The notes: a model not told the origin generated them from the sequence alone. Counted from the stretch's first letter, positions 50,320 to 62,435 are shown. The stretch is DNA of 64,000 nt from Dehalococcoidia bacterium (GCA_963666115.2 CAXXET010000008.1:160001-224000), one strand, 5' to 3'. Numbers and translations: made by a program.

Positions 50320-52890
50320 TCACCCCGCCACCCTATACGTAGACCCCCCCTCCCCCTTCACCACGTCGATCCGCGTATCAAACTGGTTCCGTATATCGTC
50401 AATATGCGTGATGATCAAAATAAGCCCGTCGTGAAACACCGGATCGTTCCACAACGCCGAGATCGCCTCGATGAGCCGTTCCCGCCCCTCCGCGTCCTGG
50501 CTCCCGAAACCCTCGTCGATGAACAGCACCGGCACCTCCGACCCCGCCCGCCGCGCCAGCAGCTTGGACAGCGCGATCCGCAGCGCGAAGTTGATGCGGA
50601 ACGCCTCCCCCCCGCTGTACATCTCATACGCCCGCGTCCCCTGGATGTCGGAGATGATCACCTCCAGCGTCTCCACCGTCGCGCCCGCCTGCGTCTGCCG
50701 CTGTGTCTCCAGCCGCAGCGTCATCGACCCGTTCGTCATCCGCCCCAGCAGATCGTTGGCGTCGTCCTCCAGTTCCGGCAGCGCCGTCTCGATGAGGAGC
50801 GCCTGCACCCCGCGCGGCCCAAACGCCACCGCAAGCTCATCGTGAATCGACGCGCGAGACCCCGACTCCCCCTCCTCCTCGCGCAGACGCCCCTTCTCCT
50901 CCCGCCGCTCCCCAAGCTGACGCAGAAGCGTCGCAACCCGAACCTCCTCCTGCTCCGCAGCGCGAATCTCCGATGACGCCGACTCCACAACGCCGGCGGC
51001 CTCCCCCGCCCGCGACACCACATCATCCATCCCCGCCAAACCGCCCTCGAGTTCCGCCGCGCGCCCCTGCTGCGTCTCCAACGCGGCGATAGCGTTGCCT
51101 AGCCGCTCGCCCGCGTCGGCAAGCGCCGCCCTGTCCCTGTCCACACGCGCCGCGACGGCATCCAGTTCCCGCCGCTCCCCCTCCCAGTGCCGCAGGCCGT
51201 CCTCCCGCTCCTGCGCCGCGGCGTGCCCGTCCGCGTCATAGCCGAGTTCGTCGATTTGCGCCCGCACGTCGCGCAGCTCCTCGGATTCCTCCGGCAGTGC
51301 CGCAAGGCCGGCGCGTGCCTGTTCGAGGGCCGAGGCCGATTCCGGCAGACGCGCCGCCGCGTCCTCCGCCCGCTCCAGTTGCGCCCGGATCGAGCCCGCC
51401 TCCGCATCCACCCGCGACGACTCCCCCCGCAGCGCCCCCTCCTCCCGCTCGATCTCCCCAACAAGCCCGTCATACGTCGCGCGAAGCGCCTTGCCGTCCG
51501 CTTCAATCCGCCCCATCTCCGACACAATCTCTGCCTTGCGTGTCTCGAAGTGGGCGCGGACGCGCTCCATCCCGTGCAGCCCCAACTCCGTGCCGCACAC
51601 CGGGCACACCGCGTCCGAATCCCCGGTAACCACCGCCATCCGCGGCTCAAGCCCATCCCGTTCCGCCCGCAGCGCGCCCAGCGTCGCCCGCATCTCCCCA
51701 AGCCGACCGTTCGCGTCATCCCGCTCAGCCCGCCGGCCCGCCAGCGCCTCCTCCCGACGCGCCAGCCCCGCCCGTTCCGCCGACACCGCCGTCAGCCGCT
51801 CCTGCAACACCGACGCCCCGTCCGCCTCCTTTAAAAGATCCGCGTGCTGACCGTCCCTAAGGGAAACCTCGTTCGCCAGTTGCGACCGCTGCTCGGCCAC
51901 AATCTGCTCCAACCGCCCCCGCTCCGCGACGAGTTCCCCGTGCCGCCGAGCCCTACTGCCCATATCCGCCAGCATCGACCGCGCCGCCTCCAACTCCCCC
52001 CACCCAGCCTCGATATCCCCCCGCCGCCCCAGCATCGACTCCGCGCTTTCGACGGCCTCCCCCAGCTCATCCCGCCGCGCCCCCAGCCCGTCCGCCTCCT
52101 CTGATAGCTCCGTAATCCGAACCCGGACGCCGTCCAGTTCCCGCTGCCGGACCTCCAGTTCGACGACTCTGGCATTCAACTCGTCGCGCTGAACAGTCGC
52201 GGATTCCAGCCTCCCCCGCAGCCCGTCGAGGGCGGCGCCGATCTCCGACGCCTGCGAAGCAAGCCCCTCCTCTTGCTCAAGCTCGCGGTCGATCGCCGCA
52301 ATCCGACCCCGCGCAACCTCCTGCCGGTTGCGGTCGTCACGCGCCATCTCCCGCGCCCGCTGCGCGTACCCGTCATACACGGACAGGTTCAAAATCTCGC
52401 CCAAAATCCGCTTCCGCTCCGCCGGCCGCTGCGCCACGAACAGGTCGGCCCGCCCCTGCACCAGGAACGCCGAATTGATGAACGTGTCATAGTCCAGCCG
52501 GATCGTCTCAACCACCTTGCGCGTCGTCTCCCGCACCGTCGTCTCCGTCAGCGAACGCCACCCCCCGCCGTCCCGCATCTGGAAATCAAGCGTCGTATTC
52601 CCCCCGCTCCGGCGACGACGGTGGCGACGCTCCACGCGGTAGTCCACCCCGTGCGACCGGAACTCCAACTGCACGCCCATGTCCGACATGCCCGCCGCCA
52701 CGAGCTGGTCAGCCGACGCCCCCGCCCGCGAACGCCCCCACAACGCCCACGTGATCGCATCCAACAGCGACGATTTACCCGCCCCGTTCGCCCCGGACAG
52801 GCACGCGATGCCCAGCCCCTCCAGGACAAGCGGCGCCTGCCGCCCCCGGTAAGGCATGAAGTTCTCAACGGCCAACGACAGCGGCAGCAT
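50320..52890 (-). CDS. sbcC: SbcC/Rad50 SMC-family ATPase
   Basis: GANGAGKSS, Q-loop LVQG, zinc hook CPVCG, YSGGE, FIDEGFG, IITH. Confidence 0.92.
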   Translation of the reverse strand: MLPLSLAVENFMPYRGRQAPLVLEGLGIACLSGANGAGKSSLLDAITWALWGRSRAGASADQLVAAGMSDMGVQLEFRSHGVDYRVERRHRRRRSGGNTTLDFQMRDGGGWRSLTETTVRETTRKVVETIRLDYDTFINSAFLVQGRADLFVAQRPAERKRILGEILNLSVYDGYAQRAREMARDDRNRQEVARGRIAAIDRELEQEEGLASQASEIGAALDGLRGRLESATVQRDELNARVVELEVRQRELDGVRVRITELSEEADGLGARRDELGEAVESAESMLGRRGDIEAGWGELEAARSMLADMGSRARRHGELVAERGRLEQIVAEQRSQLANEVSLRDGQHADLLKEADGASVLQERLTAVSAERAGLARREEALAGRRAERDDANGRLGEMRATLGALRAERDGLEPRMAVVTGDSDAVCPVCGTELGLHGMERVRAHFETRKAEIVSEMGRIEADGKALRATYDGLVGEIEREEGALRGESSRVDAEAGSIRAQLERAEDAAARLPESASALEQARAGLAALPEESEELRDVRAQIDELGYDADGHAAAQEREDGLRHWEGERRELDAVAARVDRDRAALADAGERLGNAIAALETQQGRAAELEGGLAGMDDVVSRAGEAAGVVESASSEIRAAEQEEVRVATLLRQLGERREEKGRLREEEGESGSRASIHDELAVAFGPRGVQALLIETALPELEDDANDLLGRMTNGSMTLRLETQRQTQAGATVETLEVIISDIQGTRAYEMYSGGEAFRINFALRIALSKLLARRAGSEVPVLFIDEGFGSQDAEGRERLIEAISALWNDPVFHDGLILIITHIDDIRNQFDTRIDVVKGEGGSTYRVAG

Positions 52891-52909
52891 CGTATAACCC
52901 CGCGCGCCC

Positions 52910-54250
52910 CTACGCCACGACGACGGCCTGCCCGCCCCGCCCCGCGTGAACGATGTGCCGCGCCCCAATCCGCCGTATCATCGCGGTCATCTCATCAAAC
53001 GTCGCGTGCCCGTTGTCATACGCGGGAATACGAACGCTCCCCGCCGCCCCGACAGCCTCCACAACGTCCGACTCCCCCCCCGAAGCCCGCAAAATATACT
53101 CCCCCCCGTTCGCCCTCAGTTCCCCCGGCGAAACCAAAATAGACGCGCACCGCCGGCGCGCATCCTCCCGCCACTGCTGAGCCTCCCCATCCGCCGGGGG
53201 CATATCCAAAACCCGCAGCGTGCCGACCTCATCCAGCGCAGGAAACTGACGCCAAACGATCCCCAGGGCATGAATCATATGCGCGTCCCGCAGCGACAGC
53301 ACAACCTTCCGCCCGGTCCTCTCCGCGATATAGATGAAAGTCAAAAACCGCTCAATATCCACCACGTCAAAATCCGCAACCACGAGCCCCCCCCGGCCCC
53401 GCACCGCATCCATGACAAGCCCAAAAACATCCCCCTCAGTCAAAACCGAACCCCCCGCCTCCGTTTCCACCCCCCCCACACTCAACGCCGAAACACCGCG
53501 CTCCCCATGCGCCCCCCCCACAATCAACGCCAAAAGCCCCAGTTCCGAAAACCCCTCCATAAACTCCTCCATCAAGCCAGGCTGCTGCCCATGAAACCGG
53601 ACCCCCCCCACATACCCCACCCACCCATCCGACGTCTCAACCGCAAAAGCAGAAGCCCCAAGAACAGAATGATCAACAGGAAAATGCCGCACCCCCCGCC
53701 CATTCAGCGCCCGCTCTCGAAACTGAGGCATAGTGCGCGCCGACACGACCGCCTCCTGCATGAGCGCCGCGCTATGCCGGGGCGGCTGCCGCCACCAATC
53801 ATGCACCTCAGAAAAAGTATCGAGTGGCTCTCCAACAGCACGCGCCGAATCATTCTGCGTAAGCAAAAACGTATAAGGACGCTGCCGCCAAGTCCGCGCC
53901 AGCGGACTCCCGGACACCCCCCCGCCCAGCGAACTCTCAGACCGCCCCCCGGCCAGCGAGTACACATACTCATGATCACGCCCAGGCGGCGCAGCCTCCT
54001 GAGCCGCCTTAAGAATGGCAGCAGTAATCACACTAGCGTAGATAGGCGTCTCCCGCGCCAAATAAGGAATCCCCGCCGTGGACTCCCCATGAGCATGGCT
54101 AACCAAAACCCCATCGATAGGCAGCCGAAGGCCATCGACCGCCGCCGCATCCCCACAATCAAACAAAAACGCCCCGAAGTCATCCTCAACCAACACCCGG
54201 ACAGCGCCCCGCGCGTCCCTATGCCCCTCCGTCGTAATCCTAACTCCCAC
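52910..54250 (-). CDS. Degenerate metallo-beta-lactamase/beta-CASP (RNase J-like) protein
   Basis: FLFDCG, SHAHGES (not HxHxDH), PVDHSV.GA, GHA; start uncertain. Confidence 0.65.
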   Translation of the reverse strand: MGVRITTEGHRDARGAVRVLVEDDFGAFLFDCGDAAAVDGLRLPIDGVLVSHAHGESTAGIPYLARETPIYASVITAAILKAAQEAAPPGRDHEYVYSLAGGRSESSLGGGVSGSPLARTWRQRPYTFLLTQNDSARAVGEPLDTFSEVHDWWRQPPRHSAALMQEAVVSARTMPQFRERALNGRGVRHFPVDHSVLGASAFAVETSDGWVGYVGGVRFHGQQPGLMEEFMEGFSELGLLALIVGGAHGERGVSALSVGGVETEAGGSVLTEGDVFGLVMDAVRGRGGLVVADFDVVDIERFLTFIYIAERTGRKVVLSLRDAHMIHALGIVWRQFPALDEVGTLRVLDMPPADGEAQQWREDARRRCASILVSPGELRANGGEYILRASGGESDVVEAVGAAGSVRIPAYDNGHATFDEMTAMIRRIGARHIVHAGRGGQAVVVA

Positions 54251-54257
54251 AGAATCC

Positions 54258-54350
54258 CCCCCCACCTTACATTCTGAGGGGCGCAGCCCCGAAGAATCAA
54301 AAGACGCCCCCCCCTTTCCCCGCAAAACCGGGAATCCAGCCCCCCCCTTG
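54258..54350. repeat. Composite REP: TTACATTCTGAGGGGCGCAGCCCCGAAGAATC plus TTTCCCCGCAAAACCGGGAATCCAG
   Basis: First part identical at 56118 and 57231. Confidence 0.85.
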
Positions 54351-54436
54351 CATCACTAGGCGGATTTGGTGCGGCGTGCTGCGCGCCGTATACTTTGCCC
54401 CAACGCAAGCAAGAGCACACGCGGGGAGGTCGACCG

Positions 54437-56109
54437 GTGAGCGGACACGTGCGCCTGATCCTTTTCGCCCTGCTAGCCCTCCTCCTCGCCGCAGCAACCG
54501 CCTGCGGTGCCGCTGAAGAAGACGAGTCCTACGACGATTCCTACGCCGCGCCCGCCCCCACCCCCATGGCCATCACCGGCTCCGACGCCTCATTCACCAC
54601 GAATGACGACCGCCAGGTCGACGCAACGGCCGGCGAGGACCCCCGCCGCGTCCGTCGACGCCGCTGCATCCAACACCGACCTCGCCTCCGGCTACCCCCC
54701 CCGTCTCCGCCCAAAACCGCCTCATCGTCCGCATCGTCGATATTGACCCTGGAGGTCGATGACGTCTCCGAGCGCATGGACGACGTTGCCGCCATCGCCG
54801 CCCGCCGCAGCGGCTGGGTCGTCGCCGAATCGCGCTACAGCAAAGCACGCCGGCAGCATCTCGATTCGCGTGCCCAGCGCCCAGCTCGACGCCGCCGTCC
54901 GTGACATCTCCGCCCTCGGCCTCGACGTTCCTCTCCCTCTCATCCACCAGCCAGGACGTGACCGAGGAGTACTTCGACCTGCAGGCGCGCATCGCCAATC
55001 TCAACGTCACCCGCGACGCCCTCCGCGAGCTGCTCAAGCGCGAAGGAGAGCTTGAGGACATCCTGAAAGTGCAGCAGGAAATCACCCGCATCAGCGAGGA
55101 GATCGAAGTCCTGGAGGGCCGCAAGCGCTACCTGGAGCAGACCTCCGCAACCTCCCTCATCAACGTCTCCCTCTCCCTCGTCGCGGCGGAAATGGCCGTC
55201 AACGCCGGGCCTGACCTGCAGGGCGTCGAATGGCGCAACCTCGTCTTCCGCGCCACCTTCACCCCCCCGGATGACATCGAAGACTTTGAGTATTGGTGGG
55301 ACTTTGGCGATGGCGCGAACTCCGGCGTCCGCACCGGCACGGCCCAAACCGAAACGCCCGGAGAGCGCATCACCGAGACCGTCCGCCACGCCTACGAATC
55401 CGCCGACGAATCCCCCTACTTCGTCACGCTGACCCTGCGCGGCACGGGCGACGCGGGCGTCGTCGAAGCCGAGGACGCCATCAAGGTCATCGTCTCCCGC
55501 GTCCCCACCATCGTCGTCTCAACGGATTCCAGCGCCACGATCCGCGCGGGTGACGAGGTCACGCTGACCGGAACGTTCACCCGCCCGGTGGACGTGTCCA
55601 ACCTCACCTATGAATGGAACTTCGGCGACGGTCTCGCCCCGCAGACGGGCAGCATCGACGACGGCCAAACGGAAGTCACCGTCACCCACGAATACTCCAT
55701 CGACCGCTATGAGCCCTACGCCGCCCAGTTCATCATCAGGGGCGAAACGTCCTTCGGCGCCCCGGTGGAATCCTCCTCCACAGTGCAGGTGTACGTGGAG
55801 CCGGGCTCGGACTGGGTCATCGGATTCCTCGACATCCCCGAAACCGCCCGCGCCGCCACCCGCGTCCTCAGCGTCATCGGCCAGGCCCTCGTCGTCGCCC
55901 TCATCTGGGTAGTCCTGCTAAGCCCGGTATGGGGCGTAATCGCCGCCCTAATCTGGTTCCTCCGCCGCCGAACCCCAATCGGAACCCCCTCCCGCCCAGC
56001 TTCCTGGCAAGAAACCGCCGAAGAAAATACCGAACCGGAAGAACCTGCCCCGGAGCCGGAAGCCCCCAGCGTCGACAACGAGGACAAGAACAACGAATCG
56101 CCGCGTTAG
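54437..56109 (+). pseudogene. DUF4349 lipoprotein fused to two PKD domains, broken by several frameshifts in 54640-54935
   Basis: ATAC lipobox; ISIRVPSAQLD, SQDVTEEYFDLQARI, YWWDFGDG and YEWNFGDG lie in different frames. Confidence 0.7.
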
Positions 56110-56335
56110 CCCCCCCATTACATTCTGAGGGGCGCAGCCCCGAAGAATCCAAAAACGCCCCTAGCCGCCTAACCCCCCGATCCCCGTCGAAGCGCGCCCC
56201 CCTCCGTCATTCCCGCCCCCCCTCCGTCATTCCCGCGAAAGCGGGAATCTGAATCCCACAATGCCAACCAAACCCCGTACCGCCGCCCCCCCGGCCCACC
56301 CCAACCGTCATTCTGAGCGCAGCGAAGAATCCACC
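56110..56335. repeat. Composite REP cluster (three families)
   Basis: ATTCTGAGGGGCGCAGCCCCGAAGAAT, CCGTCATTCCCGCGAAAGCGGGAAT, GTCATTCTGAGCGCAGCGAAGAATCC. Confidence 0.88.
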
Positions 56336-56365
56336 GACGCCCCCAGGACACCATTCGCCGGGTGC

Positions 56366-57091
56366 TCAGATCCCAAGTGTCGCCTCCGCGAGAACATCCA
56401 AAACACGAGGTAGCGTTGCTATGGGAGATACTACGACCAAGTTGAGGATGAAAATTCCGATATAGAACCAAGTTACAACAATAGACCAGATCATGACCTT
56501 TCGGGCTAACGCGCCCAAATCCGCAGGAAGAGTATAGGAGGAGATTGCCCCATCAACGTCAAGCTGCCAAGGAAGCGCGACGGATTGCCATGTGTGTCGC
56601 AGATCTTTGATAAGCATCCAATAGAGCCGACCGCCGACCAAAATGCTTATAAGAGCGGCGCCCAGATCAGGAGACGGATTGCTAAGACCGACCAAACTTA
56701 ACGCATCAAAGGAAAACGCGATCACTATGTCGGTAACGAAAAAGACTAGCAACATAGTGAAAGCAAGAAAGGGCCCCAGGACAGCTAGCGAAAACAGTGT
56801 GTAATATGTCGGACGCAATAAGGTTTTTGCCTCCATTGAACCGTTAGCCACAAAGTAGACATATAGCCAGGGGATGAACATTCGAATGGAGGAGGATGCG
56901 CCCGCGGCCAGGCCTTTTTGAAAGCCGCCGGCCCGTGAGCGTAACAGCCAAGCAACAACAAGCGCACCGAAAGGCGCCCACAGAACCCCCAGTATCATCA
57001 GAAGGAGGGCTATGGCCAGGAAGAACAGCCCGGGTGCCAGCAAGTAGACGCCAATCATCTCCAGCCACGTCGTGACGCTGGAATACGTCAT
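56366..57091 (-). CDS. Hypothetical membrane protein
   Basis: Five to six TM helices; lower GC. Confidence 0.65.
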   Translation of the reverse strand: MTYSSVTTWLEMIGVYLLAPGLFFLAIALLLMILGVLWAPFGALVVAWLLRSRAGGFQKGLAAGASSSIRMFIPWLYVYFVANGSMEAKTLLRPTYYTLFSLAVLGPFLAFTMLLVFFVTDIVIAFSFDALSLVGLSNPSPDLGAALISILVGGRLYWMLIKDLRHTWQSVALPWQLDVDGAISSYTLPADLGALARKVMIWSIVVTWFYIGIFILNLVVVSPIATLPRVLDVLAEATLGI

Positions 57092-57220
57092 GCTCGGCTA
57101 GCCTCGCGCATGATAACGCTGATCCCCACCCCTCCCAGCGAAGTCCCGGCGATGATGCTCACCCCCTGCCCCCACTCAATAGCCGCAAGCATAGCCCCAT
57201 ATACACAAGGCAGCAACACG

Positions 57221-57340
57221 CCCCCCCCCATTACATTCTGAGGGGCGCAGCCCCGAAGAATCCAAAGCCCCAATTGTGCAACCAACCCCCGTAAGCGCCG
57301 CCCCCCTTTTCCAACGCGCGCGAGAATCCAGCCCCCCAGT
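57221..57340. repeat. Composite REP
   Basis: Shares AAGAATCCAAAGCC.CAATTGTGCAACC with 7727-7753 and its head with 54265 and 56118. Confidence 0.85.
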
Positions 57341-57381
57341 GTAGCCGAGGCATTGGGAACGGGCGTCGCTGGGAGTGTCCA

Positions 57382-58014
57382 TCACCCGAAGTCCGCAAGA
57401 AACAAGAAGAAGACGGCCGCCATGACCGCAAGCACAACAAGGCTCAAAACGCTAAGCGCGGCGGACAGTCTATATGGACTGAGCGATAGCAGCGACACGT
57501 CAAAAGAGATCCGTGCATCATTCGTCATGGCGTCCCCGTAGGCGCTCAGAGATTCTGACAAAGAACTCCTCCATGACCTGAAGAAAGCCCACGCCACGGC
57601 GGGGGCTATCAGAAGAGACAGTATCGCGATGATGCCGTCGGTGGAACCAACGGGATCAGCAAACAATGTGACGAGGCTGAAAAGTGTGACGCCAATCCAG
57701 AGAAAGGGAGGACCCAGGAACCACATCCCATGAATAACCCATTGTCGGGATGGACGCACAAATCCCGTGTTCAGCTCAATATATTCGTTCTGGTACATAT
57801 GGACCCACGGCAAGAATGGCTGACTGATTACCCGCAGAAGCTGGTATGTCACGCCGATGCGTAGCGCGCCGTTGAACACCCCGAATCTGCTTTGCAGGAG
57901 GGAGAGTGGGATTAAGCCCAGCCCTAGCAGAGCCGACGCGATCAGAAGGAGATGGAAAGCAAATGACACGTACATGAGTGCCGCCGGAACCATCCACCAC
58001 TCAAATCCATCCAT
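57382..58014 (-). CDS. Hypothetical membrane protein, distant paralog of 56366-57091
   Basis: AAGGAG RBS; F.PW..Y and LGP motifs in both. Confidence 0.6.
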   Translation of the reverse strand: MDGFEWWMVPAALMYVSFAFHLLLIASALLGLGLIPLSLLQSRFGVFNGALRIGVTYQLLRVISQPFLPWVHMYQNEYIELNTGFVRPSRQWVIHGMWFLGPPFLWIGVTLFSLVTLFADPVGSTDGIIAILSLLIAPAVAWAFFRSWRSSLSESLSAYGDAMTNDARISFDVSLLSLSPYRLSAALSVLSLVVLAVMAAVFFLFLADFG

Positions 58015-58039
58015 TGCTATGTCTCCTTAATCCCCCCCC

Positions 58040-58396
58040 TTAATACATAATCAACTCGCGCGGCACCAGCGTTTCCGCGCGAGGATCGACCGCCAGCGCA
58101 AACACTTCCAGCGTCAGCGCCCCCAGCAGCAGAGGCGAATTATCGTCTCCGAACGCGACGTATGTAATCAGACTCTGGTCGCCAATCGTGGCGACGGCGT
58201 ACCCGATGTCGCGCTCGATGCGCTGCCCGTTCGCGATCGTGAACTGCTGCCTGGCGACAGGCTCCACGCCGAGTTCTCGCAGCATCGGCGCAGGCAGCGT
58301 CGTCATGGACGCGCCCGTATCGACAAACGCGTCGATATCCATCCACCGCTCGCCATCGAGGTTCGCGATCCGCACCGGCCACGTAAACGTGCTCAT
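58040..58396 (-). CDS. Clan AA (retropepsin-like) aspartic protease
   Basis: FVDTGAS and LLGALTLE motifs. Confidence 0.88.
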   Translation of the reverse strand: MSTFTWPVRIANLDGERWMDIDAFVDTGASMTTLPAPMLRELGVEPVARQQFTIANGQRIERDIGYAVATIGDQSLITYVAFGDDNSPLLLGALTLEVFALAVDPRAETLVPRELIMY

Positions 58397-58421
58397 CCCA
58401 ACCGCCTCCCCACCCATTCTA

Positions 58422-58582
58422 CCCCCCTCCGAGCCCCGTCGAAGCGTGCCCCACCTCCGTCATTCCCGCGCACGCGGGAATCTGAATCTCATAGTGCCAA
58501 CCAAACCCCGTACCGCCGCCACACCCCCTCTTTTTTCCGCGAAAGCGGGAACCCAGATTCGCCCCCTGAGCCTGTCGAAGTC
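58422..58582. repeat. Composite REP; ~100 bp homologous to 56173-56287
   Basis: CCCCGTCGAAGCG..CTCCGTCATTCCCGCG..GCGGGAATCTGAATC..TGCCAACCAAACCCCGTACCGCCGCC in both. Confidence 0.85.
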
Positions 58583-58597
58583 CCCCCCCCCCGCCCC

Positions 58598-58626
58598 TTG
58601 ACCGTCGCCACACCTCATGGTAATCT
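58598..58626 (+). promoter_or_regulatory. Promoter TTGACC-17-TAATCT (TG-extended) for the NYN gene
   Basis: Hexamers and spacing read directly. Confidence 0.7.
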
Positions 58627-58693
58627 CCCACCTACCACCCCTATCGCTTCGCCGGTAGGGTCGAGACCGTCCTCCGAGGCGGTCTCTGTCTTT

Positions 58694-59338
58694 ATGGGGA
58701 GCGACCGAGTGATCACCAACGTCTACATCGACGGCTTCAACCTCTACTACCGCGCCCTCAAGGACACCCCGTTCAGGTGGCTCGACTTGCGGAAGCTCGC
58801 CGAGACCCTCTTTCCGCAGGACGACATCAACAAGGTCTCCTACTTCACCGCGCGGCTCGACCCGCGCCCCGGCAATCCCAATCAACCTCGGCGGCAGTTA
58901 GTGTACTTGAGGGCATTGGCCACACTGCCCGGATTCGAGACGCACTACGGCGTCTTCCGCTCCGGCGTCAAGCGACGCCCCCTGGCCGAGCCGGTCGCGG
59001 GGCTGCCTGCCAGCGTCCTGGTCAGGGACTCGGAGGAGAAGGGCTCGGACGTAAACCTCGCGACCCGTCTGCTGGTTGACGGCTTCAACGGGGAGTACGA
59101 ACAGGCAATAGTCGTGTCCAACGACGCCGACTTCGCCGGGGCGATGCAATACGTGCGAGATGACTTGGGCCTGCGCGTAACCCTGGTCAACCCCGACACC
59201 CGCAACACCAGCCCCCGCCGGCTGACCGACGCAGCCACCTACGTCAAGCGACTCTGGAAAAGCCACCTGCGCCAAAGCCTGCTCCCCGACACCCTAACGG
59301 ACAACGTCGGAACCATCACCAAACCGGAAGGTTGGTAA
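58694..59338 (+). CDS. NYN-domain (PIN-like) ribonuclease
   Basis: VYIDGFNLYY, EEKGSDVNLA, VVSNDADF; start may be GTG 58709. Confidence 0.9.
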   Translation: MGSDRVITNVYIDGFNLYYRALKDTPFRWLDLRKLAETLFPQDDINKVSYFTARLDPRPGNPNQPRRQLVYLRALATLPGFETHYGVFRSGVKRRPLAEPVAGLPASVLVRDSEEKGSDVNLATRLLVDGFNGEYEQAIVVSNDADFAGAMQYVRDDLGLRVTLVNPDTRNTSPRRLTDAATYVKRLWKSHLRQSLLPDTLTDNVGTITKPEGW

Positions 59339-59362
59339 CCCCAACAAGAATCCCCCCCCCCA

Positions 59363-59866
59363 TCACCGAAAAGGCGCAACAGCAAGCGTAACAGCAATAG
59401 CCACTTGGATGACGGCGAAGATCAGCCACACGAGGCTGAAAACGATCCCCCCGCCGAATAGCATCGCCACCCCCCACGCAAACACCGCCGAACCCCCCGC
59501 CACAAAGCGCAATGACCGCGCCCGGCTCCGGTTCGCCGCCACGTGAACCGCCTGCCCGATCAGAAATCCCGCCACTGCCCACATGATCAAGCTGAAAAAC
59601 CCGCCAAAGACCCCCGAAAGAACCGTGATCGCAATGGCCAGCAGCAGCCCCGCCCCCAGCCCCGCCCCAACCGCCGCCGCCAGCCGCGAACCCGCCACCT
59701 GCGCGATGGGATTCCGCTCCCACGTCACGCATGACGGGCAGATATGCCCCACCGCCGCCTGCACCATGCACTCCGGGCAGATCGGATCGTCGCACCGCGC
59801 GCACCGCAGCCCGGTCTCCCGGTCGCGGTGCCGCAGGCAGTAAACGGGTTCAAACGCCGCTGTCAT
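59363..59866 (-). CDS. B-box zinc-finger membrane protein
   Basis: C..H.DRETGLRC..C..PIC..C...A.VG..C..C, followed by TM helices. Confidence 0.8.
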   Translation of the reverse strand: MTAAFEPVYCLRHRDRETGLRCARCDDPICPECMVQAAVGHICPSCVTWERNPIAQVAGSRLAAAVGAGLGAGLLLAIAITVLSGVFGGFFSLIMWAVAGFLIGQAVHVAANRSRARSLRFVAGGSAVFAWGVAMLFGGGIVFSLVWLIFAVIQVAIAVTLAVAPFR

Positions 59867-60014
59867 TGGCTCACAAGGCTTTCCACAAGGCAGTCACACG
59901 CCAGTGTACCCAAAGTGCGGCGTCCGGAGAGCCGTCGCGCCAAAGTGTCGCAGACTCATTGGCGATTGGGACTAGAATAGGGTAGGGCAGAGCGGCGGCC
60001 ACACAGGAGGGCGT

Positions 60015-60925
60015 ATGGAACTCGGAATGATCGGCCTCGGGCGCATGGGCGGCAACATGACCAGGCGGCTCCTCCAAAAGGGGCATCGCGTCGTCGTCTT
60101 CGACTTCAGCCAGGAGGCCGTCGCCGCCGCCGCAGACGCGGGCGCCGTCCCCTCAACCTCCCTCGAAAACCTCGTCTCCCAACTCGCCGCCCCCCGCGCC
60201 GTCTGGGTCATGGTCCCCGCCGGCGACCCGACGGAGCAGACGATCAACGCCGTCCTCGACCTGCTCAGCCCCGGCGACGCCATCATCGACGGCGGCAACT
60301 CCAACTACCACGAAACCCAGCGCCGCGCCGCCGCCGTCGCCGGAAAGGGCGTCGCCATGCTCGATTGCGGCACCAGCGGCGGCATCTGGGGCCTCACGGA
60401 GGGCTACAGCCTCATGGTCGGCGGCGACGCCGGCGCCTACAAACGCCTAGAGCCCATATTCCAGGCGCTCGCCCCCTCCGAAACGCAGGGCGTCGGCCAC
60501 GTCGGCCCCGCCGGCTCCGGCCACTACGTCAAGATGATCCACAACGGCATCGAATATGCCATGATGCAGGCGTTCGCGGAGGGCTTTGAAATCCTCAAGG
60601 CCAAGGAGGAGTTCGACCTCGACCTCCACGCCGTCGGCCAAATCTGGCAGCACGGCAGCGTCGTCCGCTCATGGCTCCTCGATCTCGCCGTCTCCGCCCT
60701 CGAAAAAGACCCCGGCCTCGATGAAATCATGGGACACGTCTCCGATTCCGGCGAGGGGCGCTGGACGATACAGGAGGCCATAGACCTCGATGTGCCCGCC
60801 CACGTCATCACAACATCCCTCTTCACCCGGTTCCGCTCCCGCATGAGCAACACCTTTGCCGACCGCATGTTGGCCGCCCTCCGCAATGAGTTCGGCGGAC
60901 ACGCCGTCGTGAGGTCCGATTCCTG

Positions 60926-60926
<1 letters not shown>
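60015..60926 (+). CDS. gnd: 6-phosphogluconate dehydrogenase (short YqeC type)
   Basis: GLGRMG, IDGGNS, GHYVKMIHNGIEY, LRNEFGGH. Confidence 0.96.
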
Positions 60927-62435
<1,509 letters not shown>

